In this document: piece by piece, positions 61,621 to 64,000 of the stretch | How the letters are laid out: each line of letters starts with the position of its first letter | Position numbering within the stretch: position 1 is the stretch's first letter | Made by a program: the position numbers and the translations under genes | Source: Sphaerodactylus townsendi | Lineage: Eukaryota | Reading direction: 5' to 3' | NCBI RefSeq assembly: GCF_021028975.2 | Contig: NW_025950341.1 | Span: 124,001 to 188,000 of the forward strand | DNA: 64,000 nt | Notes under the pieces: model-generated | What the model was told of the DNA's origin: nothing | The model's database searches: none | What the model saw: only the letters and a program-made list of their open reading frames with translations

Positions 61621-62153
61621 ATTCCAATGCTTGATCTGATAATGTAGCTTGTAAATGGAAACAGAGGCATATATAAAGGAATAGCATATATTGTGAAGGT
61701 AATCTGTCTATCATGGGTCTTTCTAGTCATGGTTCTTTATATTCTGTGGCAGTAAGAAAGAAAGGGTCACAACAATGAAACAATATGTACAGGCTCAAAG
61801 CTATTACTGTATGGTTTTTCACAATGCAAATTTTATGGAACAGAAAATCCACACAGATCTTACTGTGATTAATATAAGAATGTAGTTTACATAAAACTGA
61901 TCAAATATAAAAACCTCAACATATATTGTAAAGATAGGGAAAATCCTCACAAGTTTGTATGTGTGTTTGTATAGTTTTATTTGAACTCTCTTGTCTTCTT
62001 TTGAAATTCTAATAATGCTTTGCCTAAGGAGATCCCTCCCAATTACATTTTAGACAATATCTTATATTCCAATGCTTGATCTGATAATGTAGCTTGTAAA
62101 TGGAAACAAGGGCATATATAAAGGAATAGCATATATTGTGAAGGTAATCTGTC

Positions 62154-64000
62154 CAGTTATCACATCCATACATAGTAATAATGAATAATTCGGTATGAAT
62201 TAACTTGATCTTGCTTGCCAGTGACACAATCTTACCCTTAAAAAATTTTCTTAGCTCCCTTATGGCTACTCTTCTCAGCTTCAATCTTTTGATTTCTTGG
62301 TAGCGTCTCCCTTTTAGTTGATGATGGAGTCAAGGAATATAAACTCTTCAACCATTTTGATTTCCTTATGGTCAACCTTAAAATTGAGTAATTCCTCAGT
62401 TCTCATTTCTTTTGTCTTTTTGATATTCTGGTGTAGTCTTGCTTTGAAACTTTCTGCTTTAAATTTCACCAATAGTTGTTTCAAATCTTCACTATTTTCT
62501 GCCAGTAATGTAGTATCATCTCTGTATCTCACATTTTTTAATGTTTCTCTTGCCTATTTTCTCTCCATCATCTAAATCTAATCCATCTTTATGATGTGTT
62601 CTGCATACAGATTGAACATATAGGGAGGTAAAATACATCCTTGACTAACACCTTTGCCAGCTGGAATCCAATCTGTTTCTCCACATTTTGTCCTAACAGT
62701 AGCCCTTGTCCAGATTACAGGTTGCTTATCTGATCAGATGTGATACATCCATTGCTTTTAAAAACAACCCTAGTTTTGTGAACAACAGTCAAAAGCTTTG
62801 CTATAATGTATGGAACACCTGCTAACGTTCTTCTAAATTTCTCTAGTATGCTTCAGAAACGAACATAAATTTGCAATACAACATCTAGTGCCTATCCCTT
62901 TCCTGAATCCAGCCTGAACATCAGGCATTTCTCATTCCATTTATGGCAACAGTCATTATTGTAAGATTTTGAACATCATTTTATTGACATGAAAAATTAG
63001 GGTAATAGTCTGATGCTTGTTGCAATTGTTGACATTCTTTTTAAAAATGATTGGAATGTAAATTGAGAGTTTCCAGTCTGTGGGCCTCTTTTTGTCTTCC
63101 ATGTTTGTTGGCATATTCTTGTCAAGATTTTGATGAACTTGGTTTCTGGCCATTTCTGCACGGGCCAATTAAATTGGGATAACACCAGTAAAACCGGGGG
63201 GGGGGGGAGCTTTGTACTGATCCTGATCCCAACGCGTTTCCCAACCCAGGTTTTTTGAGGATTGCGTTATGTGTGATTCTTTTGTTTTAACGTGGCTCAC
63301 AGCCATGGCCAAGTGAATGGCTGGGGCTGTGAGCTGCATTAAAACAAGAGAATCACACATAACGCAATTCTCGAAAACCCCTTCCCTGGCTCCCATCTGT
63401 GGAGCCATGCAGGGGAAATGGGCAGTATCATGGCCTGTGGGGTCAGTCCTGCTTTGCAGGCAGGTGGGGGTGGGGGTGGGGGGTGGAGCCAGCAGGGAAG
63501 AACAAAAATGATGCACCTTCGTGTGAAGGCACACACACTGGCCAATGCACAGGCTGTCCATGGGACAGCCAGCCGTGCGAAGGGGCCAGGATAGGGAAGG
63601 TTCATGTAACCTGCCTTTCCCCCGCTTTTATTGGCCCATGTGGAAAGGGCTTCTGTGGCTTGGAATAGCTCTATTAATATCCCATATTCTGCTGGTGATT
63701 TGTTTCTTCCAATTGCTCTCACTGACGCTTTCACTTCACTGTCTAAAACTACAGGTTCTTCTTCAAAAAATTCCTCTTAGAAGAAATCTGTCATCTTTTC
63801 ATCTCTTCTATATAGTTCTTCAGTGTATTGTTCCCACCTTCTTCTTTATTTTGTCCTGTTCAGTTAAATTTCCCTTTAATATCTTGGCTCTTGTGGAACA
63901 GATCTCTTGTTTTTCTTTTTTTCTTGTTCTTTTCTATTTCTTTACACTGGTTTTTATAATAGTTCTTTTTGTTTCTATGTGCCAGTTGCTGGAACACTGC
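62154..64000 (-). mobile_element. RTE/BovB-like LINE, degenerate, running off the window
   Basis: KSP..YGILIELFQA, PTDWKLSIYIPI, GVSQGCIL.P..FNLYAEHI, RYRDDTTLLAENSEDLKQLL, MYGCDNWT. Confidence 0.88.
63148..63651. mobile_element. Harbinger-type MITE inserted in the RTE LINE
   Basis: 22-bp imperfect TIRs GGCCATTTCTGCACGGGCCAAT / ATTGGCCCATGTGGAAAGGGCT, TSD TCT. Removing it restores RTE sequence continuity. Confidence 0.85.

Overview
Eukaryotic, repeat-dense genomic DNA with no host gene I can name. The repeat families (Sauria-, Squam- and 5S-type SINEs, CR1, L2, RTE/BovB-like, Penelope, hAT and Harbinger MITEs) point to a squamate reptile, probably a gecko; this taxon call is inference. The only intact coding unit is a full-length L1 LINE at 10359-16544 (+), with ORF1, ORF2 (EN-RT-CCHC), a CpG-rich 5'UTR, a polyA tail and a 13-bp TSD. 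Other large elements: (1) a full-length Ty1/Copia LTR element at 32573-38008 (-), TSD GATAC, nested in a palindromic Penelope insertion and heavily frameshifted in a way that resembles long-read error; (2) an Ngaro/DIRS-type tyrosine-recombinase retrotransposon whose 3' split-repeat end is inverted (28.5-31.5 kb); (3) an internally deleted Helitron with RepHel zinc-finger and OTU-like remnants at 42120-44036 (-); (4) several Penelope-like fragments whose pseudo-LTRs carry minimal hammerhead ribozyme cores, the best at 31808-31850 (-). Most short ORFs in the track are spurious. I did not find a clearly new biological system. The best leads are the ribozyme-bearing Penelope repeats, the possibly young Copia, the rearranged Ngaro element, the Helitron and features of the intact L1.
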